Shown piece after piece: positions 10,179 through 20,558 of a DNA stretch of 64,000 bases. Source of the stretch: Clostridia bacterium (GTDB taxonomy: Bacteria > Bacillota > Limnochordia > DTU080 > RSA5). A program made the position numbers and the translations under genes. Position 1 is the stretch's first letter. Each line of letters opens with the position of its first letter. The stretch covers positions 138,530 to 202,529 of the forward strand of contig PKEX01000008.1 in the NCBI GenBank assembly GCA_002919235.1. The letters run 5' to 3'. The notes beneath the pieces are model-generated. The model was not told where the DNA came from. It worked only from the letters and a program-made list of their open reading frames with translations, and did no database searches.

Positions 10179-10730
10179 TTACGCGCCCTCTTTCTGTTCA
10201 TCTCCGGCGGGCCGCGCCGGCACGATCACGTAGGTCCCCCCGTCTACGTTGCGGTTGGGGATCACGTGCAGGTTTCCCTCGGCGTCCCGGATGCGGGTCT
10301 TGCGGATGGTCAGTTCCTCCAGCTCGCCTTCGACGCCCCCGGCTTTGACCCACGCGCCTTTCGCAAACTCCTTGTCGCCCAGGAGAAAGATGCCGGCCAA
10401 GAGGTCTTGGGTGATATTGTTAAGGCCCGTGGCCAGGGCCATCGCGATGAGTGCGATGGAACCGCCGAGAGCCAGCGAGAGCTGGCTCAGTTCCATCACG
10501 TTGAACACCGCGGCCAGGGCCAGAACCCACCCGGCAAAGCCCACTACCGAACGGATCATCGTTTGGACGGCCCGGTTCACCCGCGCCAGCCCGGTGGCCG
10601 CGAGGATGGCCCGCTTCGCCAGTTCGATCACCACGTAGGCCACGGCCAGGGTAATCACGGCCGCCGGCAGCTTCTCCACGTACTTCCAGTTGGCCTCAAG
10701 CATCGCGGTGAGATTGCTCATCCCGTCCAT
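10179..10730 (-). CDS. Small-conductance mechanosensitive channel family protein (short MscS)
   Basis: Three TM helices, then AGIFL...GVEGELEELTIRKTRIRD...VIPN, the MscS beta-domain. Start position uncertain. Confidence 0.8.
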   Translation of the reverse strand: MDGMSNLTAMLEANWKYVEKLPAAVITLAVAYVVIELAKRAILAATGLARVNRAVQTMIRSVVGFAGWVLALAAVFNVMELSQLSLALGGSIALIAMALATGLNNITQDLLAGIFLLGDKEFAKGAWVKAGGVEGELEELTIRKTRIRDAEGNLHVIPNRNVDGGTYVIVPARPAGDEQKEGA

Positions 10731-10920
10731 AGGCCAGGCGTCACGCTCCCCAAGTGCCGTTTCCCGTGAGATTCGCCCTTCTCTTGCCGCACCCCTCCGC
10801 CCGCCTTCGGCCCGCGGCCGGAAACCGGAGGAAGGGCCGGCTGGCCGGAAAATCAAAGGGCGGCTTGCGAGCTCCTCCCGCTCGCAAGCCGCCCGGGGAT
10901 GCACCGCGGGTACGATGGCC

Positions 10921-12498
10921 TCACGGCAGAGGCAACACGTACCGGGTCAGCGCCAGGGCCGACTGGGGGAATACCCCCAGGTACAGCGTGCCCAGTGCGG
11001 CGACGGCCAGGACGGCCGCCAGAGCCCACGAGAACGGCGCGCCGGCGCCGGCCGCGGCGCTTTCCGGGCCGTGTGCGGCCGCGGCCGCCTCGCGATACCC
11101 TTCCGTCCCGGAAGCCGCCGCCGGCTCGGCCTTCCGGAACATCTCGGCGGCCACTCGCAGGTAGGCGTAGGCCGAGACACCGGTGGTGACCACCAGCGCG
11201 CCTACCAGCCACCAGGCGGCAGCGCCTGCACCGCTGGCCAGCGCTGCGAGGACCAGGTAGAGCTTGCCTTGGAACCCGGCGGCAGGCGGCATGCCGGCCA
11301 AGGACAGGAGAAAGAGGGTCATTGCCAGCGCCAAGCCGGGCCGCCGGTAGAACAGCCCGGTAAAGTCAGCCAGTTCCTCCCCGTCGCGGCCGCTTCGCCC
11401 GAGGCCGGCCACCACCGCGAAGGCGCCGATGTTCATGAAAAGGTACGCGCCCAGGTAAAACAGGCCGGCCGTCACGCCCCGGTCGGAAAGGCCCAGGAGG
11501 GACATCATCAGGTAGCCCACGTGCGCCACGCCCGAGTAGGCCAGGAGCCGCTTGACGTTGTTCTGCACCGCGGCGCTGAAGCTGCCCACCACCATGCTCA
11601 GCACCGCCAGGATCCACAAGGGAAGGAGAAAGCGGGAAGGCTCCTCCGGCAGCGCCGCGAGAAGGATCCTGACCAGGGCGGCGAAGGACGCCGCCTTGGT
11701 CCCCACGGACATAAAGGCGGTGACCGGCGCCGAGGCCCCCTGGTAGACGTCGGGTGCCCAGAAATGGAACGGTGCCAAGGCCAGCTTGAAGAAGAGCCCG
11801 AAGAGGACCAGGCCCAAACCCACCTTCATCAACACGGTGGAGCCGGAGTGCCAGCCCGCCGCGAGGCCGCTGAGAGCCATGGTGCCGGTCTGCCCGTACA
11901 GCAGCGCAAAACCGTAGACCATCGTCGCCGTCGCGGCGGCACCGAGGATGAGATACTTGAATCCCGCCTCCTGGGCCGTCACTTTCCCCCGCTCGAACGC
12001 CACCGCCACGTACAGGTTGAGGCTGAGGATCTCAAGGCCGAGAAACAGCGTGAAAAAGCTTCCCGCCCCGGCCAGCACCCCCATCCCCAGGGCGGCGCCG
12101 AGGAGCAGCGCGAGGTAGCCCGACTTCTCCTCGTCCCGCCGGGGCGCGCTCATCAGCAGCGCGCAGAGGACCGCGATCAAGACCAGTGCGTGAAAAATCA
12201 AGGTAAACCGGTCGAGCACGTAGTGCCCGCCGAACACCGCGATGCCGGTGCTGAGGCGCCCCAGCGCCCCCGCCCCGACCACGCTGGCCGCCGGGCCCGC
12301 GGCGGGCCCCCACCAGAGCTGGTACGTGTAAAGGAGCGCCACCAAGACCCCGCCCACGCCCGCGGCGTACAGCCACGGCCGCGACCGGTCCGCAGGGAGG
12401 ACGAGGTCCAGGATGAGCACCAGGAGCGCCGCCACCGCCAAGGTGATCAGCGGCGCCACGGCCATGAAGTTGAGGTCAACGGTTGCCAGGTTTGACAT
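10921..12498 (-). CDS. nuoN: NADH-quinone oxidoreductase subunit N
   Basis: EAGFKYLILG, FKLALAPFHFWAPDVYQG, KRLLAYS, SLAGMPP. ATG at 12498 after GGAGG. Confidence 0.93.
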   Translation of the reverse strand: MSNLATVDLNFMAVAPLITLAVAALLVLILDLVLPADRSRPWLYAAGVGGVLVALLYTYQLWWGPAAGPAASVVGAGALGRLSTGIAVFGGHYVLDRFTLIFHALVLIAVLCALLMSAPRRDEEKSGYLALLLGAALGMGVLAGAGSFFTLFLGLEILSLNLYVAVAFERGKVTAQEAGFKYLILGAAATATMVYGFALLYGQTGTMALSGLAAGWHSGSTVLMKVGLGLVLFGLFFKLALAPFHFWAPDVYQGASAPVTAFMSVGTKAASFAALVRILLAALPEEPSRFLLPLWILAVLSMVVGSFSAAVQNNVKRLLAYSGVAHVGYLMMSLLGLSDRGVTAGLFYLGAYLFMNIGAFAVVAGLGRSGRDGEELADFTGLFYRRPGLALAMTLFLLSLAGMPPAAGFQGKLYLVLAALASGAGAAAWWLVGALVVTTGVSAYAYLRVAAEMFRKAEPAAASGTEGYREAAAAAHGPESAAAGAGAPFSWALAAVLAVAALGTLYLGVFPQSALALTRYVLPLP

Positions 12499-12575
12499 GG
12501 AGACGCCTCCATTCCCCCGCCCTCGCCGCGCGCCGGTGCCGCCCGGCAAAGGCGCAAAGCAGCCTCGTCCGTTGT

Positions 12576-14447
12576 TTAGATCAAGAGGAAGTAGATCATG
12601 AAGACGGCGACACCGGCGAACAGCACCAGCGTATAGCGGCGCACGTACCCGCCGTGCAGCCGCCCGAGACCCTGCGCGATGCGCCGGACCCCGCCGGCCA
12701 CCCCGTTCACCAGCCCGTCGATGACGTGCGGCTCAAGCCCGTTGCCCACCACGTAGCTGGTGCCCACCACCAGGCCGCCGATGCCCTTCTGGTAGACATC
12801 GTCGATATAGAACGCGTTTGCCAGCGCTCCCCGCAGGGGTGAGCCCGCCGTGGCCAGCAGCTCCTGCCGTCCCGCACCGCGTGGGCCGAAGGCCCTCACC
12901 GCCAAGAGCGCGCCGGCGGCCGCCGCGGCCAGGACCACCGCCACCGGCCAGCCGATCCCCCCGTGGGGCACGTGATAGCCGTAGGCCAGGAACGCCGGCT
13001 CCAGGAACTGGGCGGGCACCGCCGTCACCCCCGGGATGGCGATGAGACCCGACACCGTGGAGAGCAGCGCCAAGATCGCGACGGGCAGCTTCATCGCGAG
13101 GCCGCTCTCATGCCCCTCGCCGTGCTCCTCCGCGGGTTCGCCGGCAAAGACCAGGGCGAAGAGCCGGACCATGTAGTACGCGGTAAGCCCCGCGACCAGC
13201 ACGCCGATGAGCCACAAGGCGACGTGGCCTTGGGCCAGGACCGCGCCGAGGATCTCATCCTTGCTGAAAAACCCGGCGAAAGGCGGCGCGCCCGCGATGG
13301 CCAGGACGCCGATGAGGAACGTCCAGTAGGCGAACGGCAGCCGCTTGCCGAGCCCGCCCATCCTCCGGATGTCCTGCTCGCCGTGGAGGTAGTGAGCCAC
13401 CATGCCGGCGCCCAGGAAGAGCAGCGCTTTGAAGAAGGCGTGGGTGAAGAAGTGAAACAGCGACGCCGTGTACGCCCCCACGCCCGCGCCCAGCATCATG
13501 TAGCCCAGCTGGCTCATGGTAGAGTAGGCCAGCACCCGCTTGATGTCCACCTGGCGGGTGGCCACCACGGCGCCCACCAGCGCCGTCAGCCCGCCCACCC
13601 AGGCCACCGCGGCCAGGGCGGCACTGGACGCCTGGTAGATGGGGAACGCCCGCGCCATGAGATAGACGCCCGCCGTCACCATGGTGGCCGCGTGCATCAG
13701 GGCGCTCACCGGCGTGGGGCCCTGCATCGCGTCGGGCAGCCAGGTGAACAGCGGCAGCTGCGCCGACTTGGCCGTGGCGCCCACCAGGAGCAGCAGGCCG
13801 ACGGCGGTCACGATCCCCGCATCCGCCTGTGCGGCCCCGGCGAACACGTCGGCGAAGGCGAGGCTGCGAAATTCCATAAACATGAGCACCAGCGCCAGGA
13901 TGATGCCCACCTCGCCGATGACGTTGAGGAGAAACGCCTTCTTCGCCGCGGCCGCCGCTTCCGGCTTGTAGTTCCAAAAGCCGATGAGCAGGTAGGAAGC
14001 CAAGCCCACGTTGGCCCAGCCGATCAAGAGCCCCACGAAGTTGTCGGCCAGGACCAGAAGGCTCATGGCGAAGACGAAGTAGTTCAGCTTTGCGAAAAAG
14101 CGGCCGACGTCAGGGTCTTCCGCCATGTATTCGGACGCGTACACGTGGATCAAAAAGCCGACCCCAGTCACCACCAGGAGCCACCAGAGCGAGATGGGGT
14201 CGCCCAGAAGGCCGAAGTCGACCTGAAAGCCGCTGCCTTTCGCCCACGTGAACAGCGCCTGCACCAGCGGCGCTCCAGCCTGGCGATAAGCGCCCAGCGC
14301 GGAGAGCGCCACGGCGAAGGAGGCGCCGACCGCCAGGCTCCCCAGGGCCCCGATGAGCCGCGGCGAAAGGTGGTTGCGGCCCAAGGCCAGCACGGCCGCG
14401 CCCGTCAGCGGAAAGAGCAAGATCCAAACCAGTGCCGTCGTTTCCAA
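12576..14447 (-). CDS. nuoL: NADH-quinone oxidoreductase subunit L
   Basis: KSAQLPLFTWLPDAMQGPTPVSALMHAATMV, HAFFKALLFLGAG, and the C-terminal transverse helix. Confidence 0.95.
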   Translation of the reverse strand: METTALVWILLFPLTGAAVLALGRNHLSPRLIGALGSLAVGASFAVALSALGAYRQAGAPLVQALFTWAKGSGFQVDFGLLGDPISLWWLLVVTGVGFLIHVYASEYMAEDPDVGRFFAKLNYFVFAMSLLVLADNFVGLLIGWANVGLASYLLIGFWNYKPEAAAAAKKAFLLNVIGEVGIILALVLMFMEFRSLAFADVFAGAAQADAGIVTAVGLLLLVGATAKSAQLPLFTWLPDAMQGPTPVSALMHAATMVTAGVYLMARAFPIYQASSAALAAVAWVGGLTALVGAVVATRQVDIKRVLAYSTMSQLGYMMLGAGVGAYTASLFHFFTHAFFKALLFLGAGMVAHYLHGEQDIRRMGGLGKRLPFAYWTFLIGVLAIAGAPPFAGFFSKDEILGAVLAQGHVALWLIGVLVAGLTAYYMVRLFALVFAGEPAEEHGEGHESGLAMKLPVAILALLSTVSGLIAIPGVTAVPAQFLEPAFLAYGYHVPHGGIGWPVAVVLAAAAAGALLAVRAFGPRGAGRQELLATAGSPLRGALANAFYIDDVYQKGIGGLVVGTSYVVGNGLEPHVIDGLVNGVAGGVRRIAQGLGRLHGGYVRRYTLVLFAGVAVFMIYFLLI

Positions 14448-14484
14448 AGGGCCTCGACTCCTTCAGCTTGTCGGAGGATCCAGG

Positions 14485-14781
14485 TCAGCCTCGCAACGTG
14501 TTGACGTCGTCCACGTCTGCCGCGTCCCGTTCCCGGAAAAGCAGCACGATGATGGCCAGCCCGATGGCCACCTCCGCCGCCGCCACGGTGATGACCAGGA
14601 ACGTGAAGATGTGCCCTTCCATGTTGCCCAGATGCCGGGCGAACGCGACGAAAGCCAAGTTGGCCGCGTTGAGCATGATCTCCACGCACATCAACATCAC
14701 CAACGGGCTCCGGCGGAGCATCAGCCCGGCGGCCCCGATGACAAACAAAATCCCCGAAAGCGCCAGGTAAGCTTGAACCAT
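14485..14781 (-). CDS. nuoK: NADH-quinone oxidoreductase subunit K
   Basis: MCVEIMLNAANL and VAAAEVAIGLAI. Confidence 0.95.
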   Translation of the reverse strand: MVQAYLALSGILFVIGAAGLMLRRSPLVMLMCVEIMLNAANLAFVAFARHLGNMEGHIFTFLVITVAAAEVAIGLAIIVLLFRERDAADVDDVNTLRG

Positions 14782-14807
14782 GTCCCCGATCAACCCGTAT
14801 CCGCCCC

Positions 14808-15317
14808 TTACAGCTGCCGCCGCCCCACCAGGACGACGACGCCGATCACCGCGGCCAGCAGCACGAAGGCCGTCAGCTCAAACGAGAAAATGTGCGTCGT
14901 AAGCAGCTCCCGCCCGAAGGCGGCCGCCGACCCGAAACCGGAGGGAAGCGCTTCGTTGGCCGGCATCCGGCCGAGTCCCGCCGACGCGGCCACGGCGATC
15001 ATGAGGACGGCGCCCCCCACCGCCGTCACCAGGCCCAGCTCCCTCTGGCCCTCCAGCTTGCCCTCGGTCCGCTCGATGGGATCCTTCCTCGCCGTGAGCA
15101 GCGCGATGACGAAGAGGAAGAGGATCATGATCGCGCCGGCGTAGACGATCACCTGGATCAAGGCCAGGAACTCCGCGTGCAGCGCCAGGTAGAGCGCCGC
15201 CAGGGCCAGGATATTCACCACCAGCGAGATGACGCTGTGCACCGGGGTCTTCGCGACGATGACCCCCAGCGCGCCCGCCACCGCGAGAATTCCTGCAATC
15301 CAAAAGACCGCCGTCAC
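14808..15317 (-). CDS. nuoJ: NADH-quinone oxidoreductase subunit J
   Basis: AEFLALIQVIVYAGAIMILFLFVI. GTG start overlaps the nuoI stop (GTGA). Confidence 0.93.
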   Translation of the reverse strand: MTAVFWIAGILAVAGALGVIVAKTPVHSVISLVVNILALAALYLALHAEFLALIQVIVYAGAIMILFLFVIALLTARKDPIERTEGKLEGQRELGLVTAVGGAVLMIAVAASAGLGRMPANEALPSGFGSAAAFGRELLTTHIFSFELTAFVLLAAVIGVVVLVGRRQL

Positions 15318-15802
15318 AGGGCATCCACCGCCTTCCGCCCCCGGTATTCGGGGTAGACGTGCTCGGGCACCCGGTACGTGCTGGGCACCTTGCTCACGAG
15401 CCGGTCGCGCCCGTAGATCAAGGCCTCCCGGGTGAAGTCGGCGAGCTCGAACTCCTGCGTGAGGTGAAGCGCCTCGGTGGGGCACGCCTCTTCGCAGAGG
15501 CCGCAGAAGATGCACCGGAGCATGTCGATCTCGTAGACGTAGGCGTACCGCTCACCCGGCGAGTGCGGGTTCTCCGGGTCGTTTTCCGCCGCCATCACCG
15601 TGATGGCCGCGGCCGGGCACGCCGCTTGGCAGAGCTCGCACCCGATGCACATCTCCAGGCCGTTGTCGTAACGCCGCAGCTCGTGCAAGCCGCGGAAACG
15701 GGCGCTCCGCGGTTTCTTCTTGTCGGGATATTCGATGGTCGACTTCTCGCGAAAGAGCATGCGCAGGGTGGTGCCCATGCCCTTGACGATACCTCTGATC
15801 AT
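15314..15802 (-). CDS. nuoI: NADH-quinone oxidoreductase subunit I
   Basis: Two CxxCxxCxxxCP motifs and RFRGLH. Confidence 0.95.
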   Translation of the reverse strand: MIRGIVKGMGTTLRMLFREKSTIEYPDKKKPRSARFRGLHELRRYDNGLEMCIGCELCQAACPAAAITVMAAENDPENPHSPGERYAYVYEIDMLRCIFCGLCEEACPTEALHLTQEFELADFTREALIYGRDRLVSKVPSTYRVPEHVYPEYRGRKAVDAL

Positions 15803-15900
15803 CGCGCTCCACCCCTCGTGATCAAGCCGTCCCTGCCGGCCTCTTGAACGCCGGCCCCGCGCGCCGTGTCACAGGCTCGCCGCCCCCGGGCCGGTTCCCC

Positions 15901-16881
15901 TCAGAACAGGGAGACGGCGGCTGCCGTGATCACCAGGTTGGCCAAGGCGACGGGAAGCATCACCTTCCAACCGAAACTCATCAGCCTGTCGTAACGCAGC
16001 CTGGGCATCGTGGCCCGTACCCAGATGAAGATGAAGATGAACAGCGTCACCTTCAGCGCGAACCAGACGATCCCCGGCAGGAAGGAAGGCCCGTTCCAAC
16101 CGCCGAGATACAGCAGGGCCGCCAGCGCCGACATGGTGATCATGTTGATGTACTCCGCGATCATGAACATGCCGAAGCGCATGCCGGAGTACTCCGTGCT
16201 GTAGCCCGAGACCAGCTCGGTCTCGGCTTCCGGCAGGTCGAACGGGACCCGGTTGGTCTCCGCGAACATGCTGATGAAGAAGATCAGGAATCCCACGGGG
16301 TTGAGCAGCACGAACCAGACCCGCTCCTGCGCCTGGACGATGTCGTACAGGTTGAGCGAGCCGGCCAGGATCAAGACGCCGATGATGCTCAGGCCCAGCG
16401 ACAGCTCGTAGCTGATCATCTGTGCCGTCGAGCGCAAGGCGCCCAGGAGCGAGTACTTGCTCTGCGAAGCCCAGCCGCCCAGGGTGATGCCGTACACCCC
16501 CAGCGACGTGGTGGCGAACAGGAGCAGTACGCCGGCGTTGGGATTCACGATCGAAAGCTCGATGGTCCGTCCGAAAAGCTCGATGGGCGGGCCCACCGGG
16601 ATGCTGGCGAAGGCCGCCAGGGCCACGAACAAGCTGGCGATGGGCGCGAGCTTGTAGGTGATCCGGTCGGCCTCCCGCGGGATGATGTCCTCTTTGATGA
16701 TGATCTTCACCGCGTCGGCCACCGGCTGGAGAAGCCCCCACGGCCCTGTCCGGTTGGGGCCCAGCCGCAGCTGGAAGTAGCCGAGGAATTTCCGCTCAAA
16801 CAGCATCAAGAACGCGAAGATGGAGAGCAGGACCACGATCCAGACGATGGACTTGAGAAGGAGCAGCAATACCATCTCCAC
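15901..16881 (-). CDS. nuoH: NADH-quinone oxidoreductase subunit H
   Basis: ERK...RLGPNR, QMISYE, AETNRVPFDLPEAETEL. Confidence 0.96.
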   Translation of the reverse strand: MEMVLLLLLKSIVWIVVLLSIFAFLMLFERKFLGYFQLRLGPNRTGPWGLLQPVADAVKIIIKEDIIPREADRITYKLAPIASLFVALAAFASIPVGPPIELFGRTIELSIVNPNAGVLLLFATTSLGVYGITLGGWASQSKYSLLGALRSTAQMISYELSLGLSIIGVLILAGSLNLYDIVQAQERVWFVLLNPVGFLIFFISMFAETNRVPFDLPEAETELVSGYSTEYSGMRFGMFMIAEYINMITMSALAALLYLGGWNGPSFLPGIVWFALKVTLFIFIFIWVRATMPRLRYDRLMSFGWKVMLPVALANLVITAAAVSLF

Positions 16882-16882
16882 C

Positions 16883-19261
16883 TCAGCTCACCTCCTCGGC
16901 CACCGGCTTCAAAACGGTGACGGCCACCCGGGCTCCCTTGGCGAACGCGTTGGCCGGGGCCTCGAAGAGCCCTTTGGGCACCTGCACCGTGCCGGCCACC
17001 ACCGACCGGTCCACCGCCGCCTCGTACCGCTGGCTCACGCCGCCCGCCGCGAGCTCCACCGCGGCGCCGGCGGCGATGCCCAGCCGCGCCGCATCCTCCG
17101 GATGGAAGCGGGCCTCTGCCTTGGGACGGGCCCGGCGGAATTCCGCGTCGAAGTAGGCCGTTCCACCGCCGGCGTAGAGCCGCTCCACCGGCACCAGGAC
17201 CAGGCCTTCGCCCTCCGCCGCCGGCGCCGGCTCCTCCTCCCCTTCGCCGGCCAGCATCTCGGCAGGGGCCGCGGCCAGCCGGCCGTCCTGCGCGCCCGCG
17301 AGGTGCTGCATCTCCCATGCCAGCTCCTGGTCGGACGCATAAAGCCGCACGCCCATGGCCTGGGCCAGCCGCGCGAAGATCTCCCTGTCGGAGAGGGCGT
17401 CGCCCTCGGCTTCCATCGCCTGCTCCACCGCTTGCACGGTGCCGTCCATGGCCGTATACCGCCCCGACTTCTCCGGGAACGCCGCCGCGGGCAGCACCAC
17501 GTCGGCGTGCTTCGCCGTCTCGGTCAGGAAGAGGTCCTGCACCACCAAGAACGGCACCTTGGAGAGAGCCTGCTCCACCAGCTGCCGGTCGGGGAAGGTG
17601 GCCATCAGGTTGGCGCTCACCAGGTACAGCGCCTCCAGCCGGCCGGCGGCCGCCCGCTGCAGCATCCTCGCGGTGTCGAGGCCGGCGCCCTCCGGCAGCG
17701 CGACCTGCCAGGCCTGCTCCACCAGGCGGCGGGCCCCCTCGTGCAGGACAGGGGCGTATCCCGGCAGCCTTTCGGGGTGTACGCCCATGGCCTCGGCGCC
17801 CCAGGCGTTGGCCTGTTCGCCCGCGATGAGCAGGCTCACCTCGGAGCCGGCCTCCTTGAGGCGCCGCAGGAGCGCCGCTAGGGCAGCGCCCACGGCCCGG
17901 CCGCGGCCGCTCCAGAGGACCACCACCCGGGAACGCCCTCTGTAGAGCTCAAACAGCTCCTCCGAAGCCAGAACCCGGGGAATCTCCTCTTCCCGCGCGG
18001 GAAACGCCTTGAACTCCGGCCGGTACGTGGGCATGGCGGGACCCACCGCCGCGAGGAGCGCCCGCCCCCGCCCGGCCGCCCGGCGGATCCGCAGGTCGAC
18101 CACGGGGATCCGCTCCGCCGGCAGGAGGTCCACCAGCAAGATGCCGCTGGCCTGGCTGATGTCGGAGATGCGCCCGGGAAATTCCCGGCTCGAGGCGATG
18201 TACTGCTCGCCCACCCGCCAGTCCACGTTGGGACTGCCGAAGACCGCCCGCACCAGCTTTTGGAACAGGTACGCCTCCTCGTTGGTGAGACGGCCGCCGC
18301 CGATAGCACCGATCGCGGCGCCGCCGCGGTCCCGCCGGACCTGCCGGAGGCGCCGGGCGATCTCGGCGAAGGCCTCCTCCCACGAGACCTCTACGAACGC
18401 ACCGTCCTTCTTGACCAAAGGCCGGCGCAGCCGCTCCTCGCCGTGGACGTAGCGGTAGTTGAACCGGCCCCGGTCGCAGAGCCAACCGCCGTCCAGCTCC
18501 GGATTGTCCCGGCTGATCACCCTCAGCAGCTCGCCGAAGCGGAAATCCAGGTACACGTTGCAGCCGGCCGGGCAGCCCGTGCAGACGAACGGCACCCGCG
18601 CAAGGTCCCAGGGCCGCGCTTTGAAGCGATAGATGTCGGACGTCAGGGCGCCCACCGGGCACAGCTCGATGGTGTTTCCCGAGAAATACGAGTTGAAGGG
18701 CGCTCCGTCCGCCGTGGTCACCCGGTTCTCGTGAGCCCGCTGGGTGATGACCAGATGGTCTTCCTGGGTGATCTCGTGATCGAAGCGAGTGCACCGCCGG
18801 CACAGGATGCACCGCTCCTGGTCGAAGACGATGAAGTTGCCCAGGTCCACCGCTTTGGGCTTGCGCACCTTGGGATCGAGGGAGCGCCCCTGCGGCGGCC
18901 CATAGCGGAACGTCTGATCCTGCAGGGGGCACTCGCCGCCCTTGTCGCAGATGGGGCAGTCCAGCGGGTGATTCAGCAGGAGGAACTCGATGACCCCCCG
19001 CTGCAGGCGCTGCACCACCGGGGTGTCCGTCCGCACCACCATCCCGTCGGCCACTGGCGTGGTGCAGGCCGGCACCGGCTTGCGCTGCCCCTCCACTTCC
19101 ACCAGGCACATCCGGCACACGCCTACCGGGTCCAGCTTGGGATGGTAACAGAAGACGGGAATGTCAATCCCCGCGTACTTCGCGGCCTCGACCAGCAGCA
19201 TCCCCTTGGGCACCTGGGCTTGCCGCCCGTTGACCGTGATGGTGACCATCTCTTGACTCAC
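16883..19261 (-). CDS. nuoG: NADH-quinone oxidoreductase subunit G
   Basis: FCYH, CRMC, HPLDCPICDKGGECPLQ, CILCRRC and CTGCPAGC (N7-type cluster). Confidence 0.95.
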   Translation of the reverse strand: MSQEMVTITVNGRQAQVPKGMLLVEAAKYAGIDIPVFCYHPKLDPVGVCRMCLVEVEGQRKPVPACTTPVADGMVVRTDTPVVQRLQRGVIEFLLLNHPLDCPICDKGGECPLQDQTFRYGPPQGRSLDPKVRKPKAVDLGNFIVFDQERCILCRRCTRFDHEITQEDHLVITQRAHENRVTTADGAPFNSYFSGNTIELCPVGALTSDIYRFKARPWDLARVPFVCTGCPAGCNVYLDFRFGELLRVISRDNPELDGGWLCDRGRFNYRYVHGEERLRRPLVKKDGAFVEVSWEEAFAEIARRLRQVRRDRGGAAIGAIGGGRLTNEEAYLFQKLVRAVFGSPNVDWRVGEQYIASSREFPGRISDISQASGILLVDLLPAERIPVVDLRIRRAAGRGRALLAAVGPAMPTYRPEFKAFPAREEEIPRVLASEELFELYRGRSRVVVLWSGRGRAVGAALAALLRRLKEAGSEVSLLIAGEQANAWGAEAMGVHPERLPGYAPVLHEGARRLVEQAWQVALPEGAGLDTARMLQRAAAGRLEALYLVSANLMATFPDRQLVEQALSKVPFLVVQDLFLTETAKHADVVLPAAAFPEKSGRYTAMDGTVQAVEQAMEAEGDALSDREIFARLAQAMGVRLYASDQELAWEMQHLAGAQDGRLAAAPAEMLAGEGEEEPAPAAEGEGLVLVPVERLYAGGGTAYFDAEFRRARPKAEARFHPEDAARLGIAAGAAVELAAGGVSQRYEAAVDRSVVAGTVQVPKGLFEAPANAFAKGARVAVTVLKPVAEEVS

Positions 19262-20544
19262 GCCGAACGCACCTCCCGAGCGTGCAAGCCGCAGGACCTG
19301 CCGTGGACGTGGGCCTTGAACTCGTCCTCGAAGTGCTTCAGAACCGACTGAAGGTACGTGATGGAGAAGTCGGAGAGGAGACAGATGGTGGTGCCGCTCA
19401 TCGTCTCCTTCAAGCTCCTGAGCACTTCAAGGTCGTGCTCCGTCCCCTGACCCTGTTCGATCCGGCGCAGGATCCGCGCAGTCCACGCGGTCCCCTCCCG
19501 GCACGGCGTGCACTGGCCGCACGATTCGTGCGAGAAGAAGTCGGCGTAGTAGAGTGCGGTCCGGACCATGCAGACCGTGTCGTCGAACACGATCACCCCG
19601 GCCGTGCCCAGGATGGAGCCGGCCGCCTGCACCGAGTCGAAATCCAAGGGGATGTCCAGGTGTTCCGGGAGCAGGACCGGCGACGACGCCCCGCCGGGCT
19701 GCACCGCTTTCAGCGTCCGCCCGGGCAGGAGCCCGCCGGCGTGCTCCTCCAACAGCTCCCGCAGGGTGACGCCCAGGGGAAGCTCGTAGTTGCCCGGGCG
19801 CCGCACCTTGCCGCTGACCGAAAAGATCTTGGTCCCGGGGCTCTTCTCGGTGCCGATGGAGAGGAACCACTCGGCGCCCCGGTCGACGATGAACGGCACG
19901 TTGCACAGCGTCTCCACGTTGTTGACCACGGTGGGGCAGCCGTAAAGCCCCGAGACCGCCGGGAACGGGGGCTTGATGCGGGGCTCGCCGCGCCCGCCTT
20001 CCAGCGAGCTCAAAAGGCCCGTCTCCTCGCCGCAAATGTAGGCGCCGGCCCCCCGGTGAATGGTGATCTCCTGGCTGAAATCCGAGCCCAGGATGTTCCG
20101 GCCCACGTAGCCCTTGGCCTTGGCCTGGGCCAGCGCCTTCACCAGGGTCTCGTATCCCCGCTTAAACTCGCCGCGAATGTAGATGAACGACTGGGCGGCC
20201 TTGGTGGCGTAGGCGGCCAGCAGGATCCCTTCGATCAACAGATGCGGGTTGTACTCGATCAGCATCTTGTTGTTGAAGGTGCCCGGCTCGCTCTCGTCCG
20301 CGTTGCAGCACAGGTAGCGAGGACGCCCGTCGTCCGGCAGAAAGCCCCACTTGATCCCCGCCGGGAAGCCGGCTCCTCCCCGGCCCCGCAGGTTGGCCTT
20401 CTTCACCTCGTTGTGCACGTCTTCGGGCGTCATCTGCTTCAGCGCCTTGCGCAGCGCCTGGTAGCCGCCCTGGCTCTCGTATACCTCGATGTCGACGAGA
20501 TCCAGCTTGCCGATGCCTTTGGTCAAAACGGGCTCGAATGCCAC
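19258..20544 (-). CDS. nuoF: NADH-quinone oxidoreductase subunit F
   Basis: LRGRGGAGFP, NADESEPG, YICGEET, ESCGQCTPCREG. GTG at 20544 after GGAGG. Confidence 0.96.
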   Translation of the reverse strand: MAFEPVLTKGIGKLDLVDIEVYESQGGYQALRKALKQMTPEDVHNEVKKANLRGRGGAGFPAGIKWGFLPDDGRPRYLCCNADESEPGTFNNKMLIEYNPHLLIEGILLAAYATKAAQSFIYIRGEFKRGYETLVKALAQAKAKGYVGRNILGSDFSQEITIHRGAGAYICGEETGLLSSLEGGRGEPRIKPPFPAVSGLYGCPTVVNNVETLCNVPFIVDRGAEWFLSIGTEKSPGTKIFSVSGKVRRPGNYELPLGVTLRELLEEHAGGLLPGRTLKAVQPGGASSPVLLPEHLDIPLDFDSVQAAGSILGTAGVIVFDDTVCMVRTALYYADFFSHESCGQCTPCREGTAWTARILRRIEQGQGTEHDLEVLRSLKETMSGTTICLLSDFSITYLQSVLKHFEDEFKAHVHGRSCGLHAREVRSA

Positions 20545-20558
20545 GGGATAACCTCCAG

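Noticed and set aside
12499-12575. Possible nuoM remnant between nuoL and nuoN
   Set aside because: Only 77 bp, and I see no convincing NuoM-like peptide in it, so I cannot call a pseudogene.
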